Notes under the pieces: model-generated | Seen by the model: the letters and a program-made list of their open reading frames with translations, nothing else | Told to the model about the DNA's origin: nothing | The model's database searches: none | Shown: piece by piece, positions 29,927 through 42,300 of the stretch | Position numbering within the stretch: position 1 is the stretch's first letter | Layout of the letters: each line of letters begins with the position of its first letter | Translations under genes and position numbers: made by a program | Source of the DNA: Syncephalis fuscata S228 | Lineage: Eukaryota; Fungi; Zoopagomycota | DNA length: 64,000 nucleotides | Reading direction: 5' to 3' | Assembly (NCBI GenBank): GCA_025786725.1 | Contig: JAHLTZ010000010.1 | Coordinates: 186,001 to 250,000, forward strand

Positions 29927-32900
29927 ATGGAAGACATTGGCAGTGCAAGTGTGCTGATTAACGCACCAATGGGGACACATAGTCCAACGGCGACAACGTT
30001 CGGTGCAGCCTCTGAATGTATTGGCACAGTGCCCAACTCTTTATTGCGCGATCCGTTCCTTCCACCGCCCTCCTCGTTGCTGCCCAAGGGACTGCGATTG
30101 TTGAAGGGAGAAACGGTGTTATGCGTCGTGCCTTCAGGCTGTGCGCTCCTGTCCCAAAGCATTGGGGAAGGGTCGCCCGTGGAACCAAAATCTGATCAGG
30201 TGAGCACCAATAGAAACGAGTGGGTCGATTAGTTAATCTAGAATTAACAAATGAATATGTTTGTGTTCGATTTGTTGTACAGTCAGAGATTGCTGAATCG
30301 GATACAGCCGAGATTACTTGTCTACTTACCAATTATCGTCTATACTTTCAAGCATCCGCTTGTTTGCCGGCCATTCATATTCCCCATACAGCCGTAGCTC
30401 GTGTTGAAGTCGGCGCGATTCATTGTGCAGTTTCACTTCGGTTTGATGTACGACGATATGCCATTTTTTTCCAAAATTACGTATCGGCTACAGGCATTTG
30501 TACAACGGCACGCGAATGTTGCCGTATTTTCTGTTCTGCATTATTACGCTGTGTGGATCCAATTGAAGGAACACCAGGTATATTTGCATTCCAGCATGGC
30601 GAATCAATTCGATCAACTGTCAACAGCGATAATCAACAAGGCTTTGATATACAAACGGAAATATTTGATATTTGGCAGAAAGAAACCTTTCTAACCAACG
30701 AAAAAAATAACGATTTTACGTTAAATAATGTGCATTATGAAGAGGAGACACCCATTGCTACTACTACCGAAGAAGATGATAGCGATGACTCGGCCGATCA
30801 ATTGCCGTTTCTTTTATCGGCCCAAGAACAACGAGAACGGCTATTAGGATGGCATGGTGGCTATAATATCTATGAAGAAATGAGCCGTACAAAATTAGAT
30901 GCACCAGATTCATGTTGGTAGGTAGTAATATTAATGCTGATCTTATTGATGGCAATATAATGGCATTTATTACATAATACTAATGGCTATTAAATACACT
31001 AATAGGCAAGTAGAATCGGCCAATAATACCTTTGCTACTTCACCTAGCTATCCGCCACTTATTATTTTACCAACCAACGGCATGGACGAGCCTGCGCGTA
31101 ATGCAATTCATGCAAAACTAGCAGCATATCGTACACGTGGCCGATTCCCCGCTGTAACCTGGAAGAACCCACGCGGCCATCACGTTATGCTACGATCAGC
31201 GCAGCCGCTAGTTGGATTCTTAGGAGCCCGTGGTCCTGAAGATGAATGGGTGGTGCGTGAATGTGTTCGTGCAGCCCAACAAGAATCAGGTACCAAATAT
31301 CCATTCTGTATTTTAGATGCCAGAAGCTATGCCGCAGCATTATCCAACGGATATGCGGGTGGTGGCTATGAAAAAACAGGTAAGCAATAGTGTAGTCTAT
31401 AGATTACAATGGTTTAATAATAGCTACTGGTTAGATAATTATCCACCTGGCACAACAATCAACTTTCTTTCGTTGCCAAATGTCCACGCTGTCGCATCAG
31501 CTCATAATGCTCTATTACGTTCTGCTGTCACTGTAGCATCACCGCGTAACTGGTGCCATGCACCTGATGCTGTCTCTTGGCTACAACAAAGTTCAGATCT
31601 ATTAGAAGCAGCAGGCGGCAATGAAAGTGTTGTATCAAAAATTGTTACCGAGGATGCTTGTGTTTTAGTAGTAAGTTTATTATGTTATATTGACATATTA
31701 CAAATGAATTAACTGGTTAATATTGCAGCATTGTACCGATGGATGGGACAGAACAACACAGCTGGCTGCCTTGGCCCAAATTATGATAGATCCTTATTTT
31801 CGAACATTAAAGGTAATCCTGTGTATTTACTAGATAAATATTAGCTAACTTTATCTTTTATATTCTAGGGACTGCGTGTGTTAATTGAAAAAGATTGGCT
31901 ACAATTTGGTCATCCATTTCATGCACGGTCACAACATGCCTTTTCAGCCCGTTATGCCACTGCACCACCTGCTGTAGCCTCACCCGTGTTCCTTTTGTTT
32001 CTTACTAGTTTACGCCAATTAATACTACAACATCCAGCAACATTTGAATACAACGATAAACTACTTTGGTGTTTAGCCAAGGTATCGGCTGGCTATGGTC
32101 CATTTACCGATTTTGTATGTGATTCTGAAGCACAGCGAAAACGTTTACGTATTCGTCAGCGAACTAAAAGTGTCTGGCAATGGATATATCATCATCGGGG
32201 CTGGTTTCTCAACCCATCTTATAATCTGCCTCGTTTATCGGATAAGTAAGTACTGTTTATTTAGTATAATAAACAGCATCTAACATCTCATACTACTTAG
32301 CTGGAAAGATGATGTTATCCGCCCGGATTTTAGTAACCATGGCGCTTCTCTATGGCTTGATTACTATTTCCCGTCAGCAATGTATTGCCATATGCTAGAG
32401 GCACTGGTATCAGATATACCTATCGGCAATGCAGTATTGGTAGGCGACCCAGCTCTACAGAATGGAAGCGCACAGTTTCATCAAACCTGGCTATTTATTA
32501 AACGGCGTCGAAGACGGTTAGCAGTCAATGCTTTCAATCGATGGCGTTCTAAGTGTGGCTGGAAGGCATCTCCATGGACCAGTCTACTCTTTATGAATAG
32601 TCTTTCCTCTGATGACTATTGTACATTACCACTTGGTGAAAGTCAAGTAAATAATCACCATGAAGACGATGATGATGATGATGAAGATGAAGATATTAGT
32701 CATAACAATAGAATACCTGGTATAGGTCCGCGTCCGATTGATAGATCAAACCATGGAAATACCACTAATCAACATGATATTGCTTCAAGCTGGGTTGAAA
32801 TACCACACACAAACTATCAAACATCGATATCATCTCGATTATCAATGGATGATGTATTTTGTCACTGGAAACGTGCATCAGGTGCATCTGTATTATGGGA

Positions 32901-33012
32901 AGAAGATGTATTTGCTCCTAACAAACTACCTAAGAATGGACGAGTTGAATGGGATGAGAATGTATTTGGGCCAGATGCTGATGTTGATGATGACGATGCT
33001 ACATCTGAATAG
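29927..33012 (+). CDS. Myotubularin-family phosphoinositide 3-phosphatase, multi-exon
   Basis: SPSYPPLIILP, YRTRGRFP, RSAQP, ILDARS, NGYAGGGYE, catalytic V|HCTDGWDRT, DPYFRT, LIEKDWLQFGHPF. Confidence 0.92.
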
Positions 33013-33754
33013 CATTTGTATCAAAGAACACCATTATTAACATTAGCATCGCCATTGTCATTATAGTAGTAATAGTAATGACAGTAGTAGCAGTAGCATT
33101 ATTATTAAGCATGACTAGACACTTCCCCATCATTACAATGTTTATAAAACCTTTTCTTTAATTTAATACGGTTGACATTTACTTTGCACCCCCCCCTATT
33201 TTGAGTCTTCAAAGCAAAATTCATTCCAATTGAAGTCGTGCGGTTATATACAACACAATTATATTACTTTCTATTAAAATGTTAATAAATTGATTTAAAT
33301 AATGCAACATACCATTTGATTTTTTGAAACGTTCGAGGTTGATCATTGTTGTTGTTAGTCATGTGTAGAAAGATTGATCGAATATTGTTACATTAATATA
33401 TACATGCTATGTACCATTTCATTTTAACTTTAATTTTAATACTTGTTAACTAAGTTAAATAAACTGCATTGTTATACAATTAATTGAATCTATTAGCCAT
33501 TTAATGTGATTTGTGGTTAAAATGACTATTTTAATAATATTCGCTCTATTGAACACGATGATGGATGGTGCGGACCGGCTCATCTCCACTTAATTCAATC
33601 GGAGTCGGCATAGCGTCGCTTTAACAGCCAACAATTCTCAGTATCAAAACTGATTGATGCTTTATACGAAAAATGAGTCATGGATCACTATTTTTGTTTT
33701 CAGCTTAAGCTAGGGACTCGGATTAAAATAGCTTCTAATAACTTGCTTAATAGC

Positions 33755-34577
33755 TCAAGAGCACATATCCCAAATACGATTGGCATAAGTAAACTGAGAT
33801 TCAGGAGACAATTCAAACGGTAGCTTGTATACATCGGTGCCATTGGATGATTCTATAGTGAATTAAGAACTTGTAACTAGTATGATTAATAAATAAAGAT
33901 TGAATAATTAAAGGATACTAGTCTGAATATGAGATATTTGTCCAGTTGTATCAATAATGGGTTCCACGCCAATCTCACGATACATTTTCAATATTAAGCT
34001 GAATACTGTGATTAGCAATAATTAATAAAATACTAAATACCTACGTTACGCCATCTGTATCGGGTGTAATAATATTCATTTGACTTTCTGTCTGTTTTAA
34101 TTCTTCTTTAATTTGCTGCAGTTGCACTTCTAAATCTGTAATCGATATCAAGTTAAATATATACGAGACTATGATATATTTTGGCTATTATCTATAAAGG
34201 ATATCTTCCTTCTTTCTCATAATCTTGGATTTCTTTAGCAAGTAGAAACTTTTGTCGATCAAGCTTGACCATTTGATTTGCGTGTTCTTCTTCACTTGGT
34301 GCGGCTGCTGGCCGAATTGCTTTTGCTTTGGCCAGCTCTAATTCACGCGATAAGGCTTTAATGTATATTAAGTAGTAAACCAGTTTGTTAATAAGTAATG
34401 CCTATACTTACATTTTAACTGTCCATGTACATTATCTTGTTCGTGAGCACGAATAGTCTCGGTCGCCTGGCGCTGACGGGTAATATCATTGAGAATGGCT
34501 AGATCTGCATCAGGCTGAAATGTCTCAACCATGCTGTCAAGCAGCTCGCACGGATCTTTAAGCGTATGGCTGGCCAT
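33755..34577 (-). CDS. SPC24: Kinetochore Ndc80-complex subunit Spc24, copy 1 (5 exons)
   Basis: Coiled-coil N-half (KLDRQKFLLAKEIQDYE), LILKMYREIGVEP, C-terminal ESQFTYANRIWDMCS*. The frame is restored by two U12-type introns. Confidence 0.8.
33853..33918 (-). other. U12-type GT-AG intron in SPC24 (copy 2: 53009-53074)
   Basis: 5' site GTATCCTTT, branch-like TTCTTAAT ~10 nt from TATAG; in-frame junction ACT A|AA TCA. Confidence 0.8.
34138..34204 (-). other. U12-type AT-AC intron in SPC24 (copy 2: 53294-53360)
   Basis: 5' site ATATCCTTT, branch-like TATTTAAC ~15 nt upstream of 3' TTAC; splicing gives in-frame GGA AG|A GAT TTA GAA (G-R-D-L-E). Confidence 0.85.
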
Positions 34578-35528
34578 AATAACAAGAATGAGTTGAATAA
34601 TAAACTACCGGTTGTAGGAAAACGAACAATGAGGCGCGTAAAAAATAATAATGTTAAAAATAAAGGCGAAATAGCGTGAATCAATCGATTGTTTACTTCA
34701 TTAAACTATTACTAAATAAAGATAATCGCCAATGGCACTTGTTATAAATACTACCATTGAACTAACGCAAATATCTGACTGATTGGTTAGAACAATATGA
34801 AATATACTTACTAAGGCAGCATATAATATTTAAACTGTTAGTTTGTTAGTTAAGCTGCATAAAGTGTTCTGGGACTCTATTTAACGTCGGCTGTTTCAAT
34901 GATGCGCGCAAGCTAATTAGGTATTTAACGGTCTTGCTCATCATGAGCCCATTCAACGGCAGCCTTAAGCACTTGAGTAAGACGCGCAAACATATTGTCA
35001 GTTAGAATGTTGACATGGATGGACAAGTTGTAGCAAAGTAACTGTGGGACAGCCACTAGCTACTGCTCTGCTTTGCCTAATGATAGTCAAACTATTACTG
35101 CTAAGCATGGTGTTTATCACTTACAGTACAACCCAATTACTAATAGCAATTTAAATCTTTATTTTGCTATCGTTTTTGTTTCTTTTGTTTCTTTTATTCG
35201 ATGTTTGCGTTTATATGATAATATTGAATATAACATTATGCATATCTACATATTCTAACCACCAATAAAGAATATTAAACTATAGTAATGGGTTGTTGCT
35301 AAAGATCAGATTCGAAAGATCTAATCTTTATGACTGTTTGAAAAACAATAAACACTAAATTGTAGCAATGCGTCATTATTTATCACCAGATTAGAAACAT
35401 CTAATGAATGGTGTTTATGAAATAGGGATTGGCATCGTGAGTATTCTCGGTTTAGCAACTCTCCGTCTTATTCTCTTACTATTCATTATTAACTTAATAG
35501 TTGGCCACAAACACTGTGTAAAGCATCA

Positions 35529-36982
35529 ATGAGCATTATCGACGAATTGCCATTAGACAGCAGTCCATTTTTATTCAAAAAGGATTTGCGAGCATTTTCA
35601 GCTAATGGCGCTAAAGCTTCGTCGTCGAACGATGGACTGGCGGCCGAAGGTTGTGGTAAGGTAGTATCGTCGATTAAATACATAAAAGTATTTGATTTCG
35701 ATAACACACTTTTTCGGTCACCTTTGCCAAGTCCCCATCTCTGGCACAACAACTTGATAGGCAAGCTTATGTCCCCAGAGGTTGGATGGTTCAAAAATAT
35801 AAAAACGCTTTCAGAGCCATATGTTGTGTGCAAAGAGCGCACAGATGAATCATCTGCGACTGCTAGCAATCAAACGTCGTGGTTTTCTTCCAAAATAGTA
35901 AGCTGTGTTCATTGATTAAATAATATGATGGGTATTAAATACAGCTTCAATTTTTTAATTAGCTTCAAGAGGCGCGCGATGCAATTGCTGCTCCCGATAC
36001 ATGTGCCATACTACTTACCGGAAGATCTCGTGACATTTATTATTTTCGGATTAAGGAGCTGTTAATAGGACAAGATCTACATTTTGATGCAATAATTCTT
36101 CGTGAATATCACTCTTTATTGCCATCGACGATGCAGTTTAAGCAATATGTAATACGGTATTTATTAGAATTATTAAAATGTGCGCGCGAAGTAACGATAT
36201 GGGAGGATCGTAATCAGCATGTTCGACAATTCCAAAACTACATGGCTACTTTAGAGAAAAGTGGCCGTTTGGATAAAACGCTAGTAGTCCAGGTTAAGCC
36301 ATTTTTCTGCTACATGAAAGCGCATTTAGAACTACAACTGGTACACGAGCTCATTGTCATTTATAATACCCAAATACCAAAAGAGAAGATAGAACTGGTA
36401 AACCGAATTAAATCTGGCAAATTAAAATTGGGCCGTGTAGCATTACAACACCTACGCAAATACTGTAATATTCAAACTGAACACCAACTCAATGACTATG
36501 GTGTGTGGATTCCAAGTTCAATAGTTTTAAACATAGATGTAGAGCAAGCCAACGGCTATTACTCACAACAAGTACAATTATTTCTTGTTAATTTTAAATG
36601 TATAAATAATACAATAGTTGCCATATTAGCTACAGAGAATATTAGCGGTAATATTGAGTATCCACTTGGGAAACATAAATCACCAATGCGTTTAACCGAG
36701 ACGTGTCATAAAGCCAGTTTAGATACTTTTCCAATGGCATTCTTTGGTTCACTAGAGCTAACTTGCGTGAAAGATATTAAGAAGTGTGAGCCCTTCAAAT
36801 CGTACTCTACTTCGATATACGCCAATATGTCACGTATTATTCAACAATATCATCCTGACCTCCAAGACACAGAATTAACGCAAATGTGCTGTCGAGTAAA
36901 GCAAGTAATAGTTAAAAACAATATTCAAGAAATAGAAGAATTAAAGCATATTGTAAAATCCATGAAGTTTAATCAAGGGTGA
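35529..36982 (+). CDS. HAD-superfamily protein, Swiss-Army-Knife RNA-repair HAD-like, copy 1
   Basis: VFDFDNTLFRSPLPSPHLW (DxDxT), LLTGRS, TMQFK, IWEDRNQHVRQF; intron ~35898-35962; true start uncertain. Confidence 0.75.
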
Positions 36983-37035
36983 TAGTATACACAATAGAAA
37001 TGGCACAGCTAGGCTATTGTGGCAATGCTTTACTG

Positions 37036-37550
37036 TTGTGACGACTAGCAACTTAATGGCTACCGTCTTGTTTACGCTTACTTCTATCACCCAAGCATTA
37101 GTGGCTACTAATTAATTGCTTAATATAACATGAACCGATGTTATTATAAAATAAACAATAAATGATTTTCCTTTTAATTATTGATTACCATAGTTAAGCT
37201 TTTAATAACTAAATAACATTTGTAACTAAAGCAGAAAAAAGAATACAGCACCAAAGATATAGATGTGTATTATAATTCCAATAAAGCTAGTGTTTTATAG
37301 TATATACTGTTGTTAATAGAATTGAACTTTGTCCATAAGGTTGCTCATATGTCAGTAGATAACAAGTATTTACTGGTTATGTCCTTGTATAAATGTTTGT
37401 TTATGATTGTTAGTACTAGTATTTAGTATATTGTTGCTGTGGCTATTTATATGTTATCATTGGCATATTGTTTAATTACATAGTGGACTTTATGGATCAA
37501 TTTCATGGTAGATAATTACGCGACCATAATACTGTAATTCTGTGCCGTAA
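37036..37550 (+). repeat. ~515-bp direct repeat (LTR-like), left of microexon gene copy 1
   Basis: Near-identical to 43202-43715, 56188-56702 and 62696-63210; begins TTGTGACG and ends GCCGTAA (imperfect inverted termini). Confidence 0.9.
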
Positions 37551-39243
37551 TAACATTTTACCATTTTTGTTGTCAAGTGAATTAAATAGATGACCGACAT
37601 TATAACAATAAAACTGATATCTGATTAGTACAATATCTGATACTGAATTGCTACGCATTTACACATAATATAAACTGTATTTTATAGTTGGAAATAATGT
37701 CAATACTACTTCACTATTTACTTTAGTTGTGTATGCTTTTATGAAACAAATAGCTGACATAAATGATTCTGAGTGCGCACTTCAATCTAGTAGATGGGTA
37801 TTTTCTTTTCTCCTGTTTGATGACTCAAAACAATATGAAATCATTGCTTATAATACGTAGCTATATTAATCCTCATTTTAACTGACCAATGCCCTTATGA
37901 ATAGACATTTGTTGACAATATCCTCCACTATTGTCTAATTCCCCCTCATTCATTTACCCTCTCCTCAAATACTCTCCTTATACAATCCAAAGCATAACAG
38001 CATGTGTGTATTTGCAGGTTTATTAAACGCTATGTACAATGTTTTGTTTTCGTGCACTACTTTCGTTTAGCGTTATTGTTCTAGCTGCATCATCAATAGT
38101 TAGATCATTGATAAACTCAATCTAACATGGTATGACAATAATAATTTGCTATAAGCTAAACCAGTAAGCCTTTGGGCTGCTAATTGTTTTTCCATTGGCT
38201 TCTGCTTTGGCTTGTTCTTCTACATTCTATCTTGCTTAACTTGGCAGGATTGGTTTCAGAAATGTAAGCAGCACTTAGGCCTTGGATGATCATCAATTGA
38301 TATGCAATCCGCCGTCATTATGCACCTAAAATTGCTGGTACTTGGTTAGTACTTTTTTTGTGTCTATTCTAGTGTCTGCATATTGTATTGCGTGTGGTTT
38401 AGCCGATCCAATCTAGTTTACAACTGAAAAGTGATGACGAAAATGACATGTTGAAACGTTTCATTGCTCAAAATGCTGTGATGCATTATGGTACAAACAA
38501 TACTTATTGTATAGTTGCTTTCAGTTGATTTAGATTAACCGCCATTTGAATGATGGTGGTTGCACAGCATGTAGCATGATATGCCTGGATGTAATATATT
38601 TGTGAATTCAAAGCAATGATTACCCCATAATAGTGAGCATAGTGTCAAATGAAATGCACGCATGTACCAATCAACACACTTTATAATCTAGAAATTACGG
38701 CTGACCTATGTATAGCAGTAAAAACCTGTATAGAATACCAGTTTGATACATTAAACTTGTTTTTGCATCAGTGTTGTGTGCTATTCTGTATGCATGTAGA
38801 TATTGAAGACCGAGTCGATAGAAATGACAGCAAATACATCGTTATCGTTTTTATAAAGCAAGCAATATACTTGTTTTTACCAAATAGTTAGACCGTATAA
38901 CAAATAATACAGACTAATGTATCTATTTGTGTCGCATATGTATTGGATTATTACCATTACCGTTACTTATGCAAATGACTGGCAGATTGAAATAAAGACC
39001 GTGCAAGTTAAAATCAAGACTGGTCAGGTTGAAATCAAGGCGAGAAGCATCCTATTACACCATGAAACTATTGGTACATGCACGCCGCAAACCATTAGTT
39101 CGATTGATTTATTGGTTCATATTACACATCAATGGTGTACCTCATACTACAGTATACTAGCATCCCAGTATAGTCATAAATATAAATAGCCCACAAAATA
39201 TGCACAATCAATTGCAATATCATTATCACACTCTACTTCTTGC

Positions 39244-39249
39244 TATAAA
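39244..39249 (+). promoter_or_regulatory. Putative TATA box of the microexon gene
   Basis: TATAAA ~80 bp upstream of the CACC-ATG, followed by a CT-rich tract; conserved in copy 2. Confidence 0.4.
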
Positions 39250-39325
39250 CGCACTACTCTCCACTTTATACCAACCGCACTCTACTATTCCTTTTATTTG
39301 TTTGTCTTAACAAATCGATATCACC

Positions 39326-42300
39326 ATGAAGCTTTCCATTGCTGTCGTTTGCACCATTGTCGTGGCTATCATGGCCAGTACAGCCATGGTGGATGCTAAT
39401 CCAGCCATAGTTCGTCGTGATGGTATGTTGCAATAATAGACATGTCACAGAATCATGCTTATTAACAGTATTTTTAAATAATAATTATAATAGCCAGTAG
39501 GTTGTGCTGCGTATTAACTGACTATTCGCTAACTATATCACGTATTGTGTATCGATAACTTAACATTAATAGTTGGTGGGTTGTATTACATATCAATAGA
39601 GCATCTACTAATTATGTACCATGTACTGTGCCCATTAATAACTTAATATTAGAGGATTGTAAGTTATATGTATATTAACTGATCACTTACTAATTGCATG
39701 TTATACACCATGTTTATCAATGACTTCATATCAATAGGTCGTAGGTTGTATTGTATATCAATTGACTACTTACCAATTACATGCTATGCACCCTTTGCAT
39801 CAACAACTTAATACTAATAGGTCGTAAGTAATATTGTATATTGCTAACTTATAAATTAATTTCCATTTATTATTTGTATTAAAAACCTTATTAATAGGAG
39901 GTAGGTGGTACTCTATATTAACTGATCACTCACTAATCACATGTTATACACCATGTTTATCAATGGCTTCATATCAATAGGCCGTAAGTTATATTGTATA
40001 TCAATTGATTACTCACTAATTATACGTTATGCACCATGTGTATTAACAACTTAATATTAATAGGCGGTAAGTGGTATTGTATATTGACTGGCTTATAAAT
40101 TAATTGTATAACATATATTATGTATATCAACAACCTAATACCATAGCGGGTAAGTTGTATTGTGTATTACTTGACTATGTGCTAATTCTATGCCATGCGC
40201 TACGTATATCAACAACTTGATACTAATAGCATGTAAGTTATTGTATATTAATTAAACATTGGCTAATTATATATTATGTGCTGCGTATATCAACAACTAA
40301 TGCTAATAGGTTGTAAGTTGTATTGTATGTTGATGGCGTATAAACTAATTATATATCATGTATTGCGCACATTGATAACTTAATTCCATAGTTAGTAAGT
40401 TGTATTATATATTAATTGAGTATTAACTAATTATATATCATGTACTATGTGTATCAATAACTTAATATAATAGAAAGTAAGTGGCATTTTATATAAGCTA
40501 ATTACTCACTGATTATATTCATGTACTGTGTGTATCAATTAATATTAATAGAATGTAAGTTATATTATATATTAACTGATTATACATTAACTATGTTATT
40601 TACTGATTATACTAATTATAATTTTAATAGGTCGTAAGTGATAGTATATATTAACTGGCTATAAAATAACTATACTATTTACTAATGGTATTAATTATTT
40701 AATATTAATAGAATGTAAGTAGTATTGTATATTAACTGACACGCATTAACTATAATATTTACTGGTGGTATTAATTATTTAATATCAATAGCTAGTAAGT
40801 AGTATTGTATATTAATTGACATGCATTATGTTATTTACTGATTGTACCAATTATTCAATATTAATAGCCTGTAAGTTTTATTTTATATTAACTATGTTAT
40901 TTACTGCTTATATTAATTATTTAATATTAATAGGGCGTAAGTTGTATTGTATATTGATTGACTATATATTAACTATGTTATTTACTGATTATACCAATTA
41001 TTTAATATTAATAGGGGGTAAGTAACATTTTATATTAATTGACTATTAACTATGTTATTTACTAATTATATTAATTATTTAATATCAATAGATTGTAAGT
41101 AGTATTGTATATTAACTGACATACATTATGTTATTTACTGATTGTACCAATTATTTAATATTAATAGCGGGTAAGTAGTATTGTATATTAACTGACATAC
41201 ATTAATTATGTTATTTACTGGTGGTATTAATTATTTAATATTAATAGCCTGTAAGTTGTATTGTATATTAACTATGTTATTTACTAATTATACTAATTAC
41301 TCAATTTTAATAGCCCGTAAGTAATATTTTATATTAACTAACTATGCATTAACTATGCTATTTACTGCTTATATTAATTATTAATTATTTAATATTAATA
41401 GTGGGTAAGTTGTATTGTATATTAACTGTTAATTACTGATTATACTAATTGTTTAATATTAATAGAATGTAAGTTGTATTGTATATTAACTGATTATACA
41501 TTAACTATGTTATTTACTGGTGATATTAATTACTTAATATTGATAGATCGTAAGTTGTATTATATAGCAACTAACTATGCATTAACTATGTTATTTACCG
41601 ACTATACTAATTATTTAATATTAATAGGATGTAAGTTGTATTGTATATTAACTATTTTATTTACTGATTATATTAATTATTAATTATTTAATATTAATAG
41701 CTTGTAAGTTTTATTGTATATTAACTATGTTATTTACTGATTGTACCAATTATTTAATATTAATAGGCAGTAAGTAGTATTGTATATTAATTGACATACA
41801 TTAACTATGTTATTTACTGGTTATACCAATTATTTAATATTAATAGGCAGTAAGTTTTATTGTATATTAACTATGTTATTTACTGATTGTACAATTATTT
41901 AATATTAATAGTGGGTAAGTGTGTTGTATATTAATGACATACATGACTATGTTATTTACTGATTGTACCAATTATTTAATTTAATAGATTGTAAGTAGTA
42001 TTATATAATGACCATTACTATTTACTGATTATACCAATTATTTAATGCTAATAGGCGGTAAGTTTATTATATATTAATTAATTACTAATTGTATTAATTA
42101 TTTAATATTAATAGCTTGTAAGTTGTATTGTATATCAACTATGTTATTTACTGCTTATACTAATTATTTAATATTAATAGCTTGTAAGTTGTATTGTATA
42201 TTAATTATGTTATTTAATAATTATACTAATTATTTAATATTAATAGATTGTAAGCAGTATTGTATATCAACTAACTATACATTAACTATGTTATTTACTG

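Noticed and set aside
34925-35060. Short minus-strand open stretch (..NMFARLTQVLKAAVEWAHDEQDR*)
   Set aside because: Too short, no recognisable family and no credible upstream exon.
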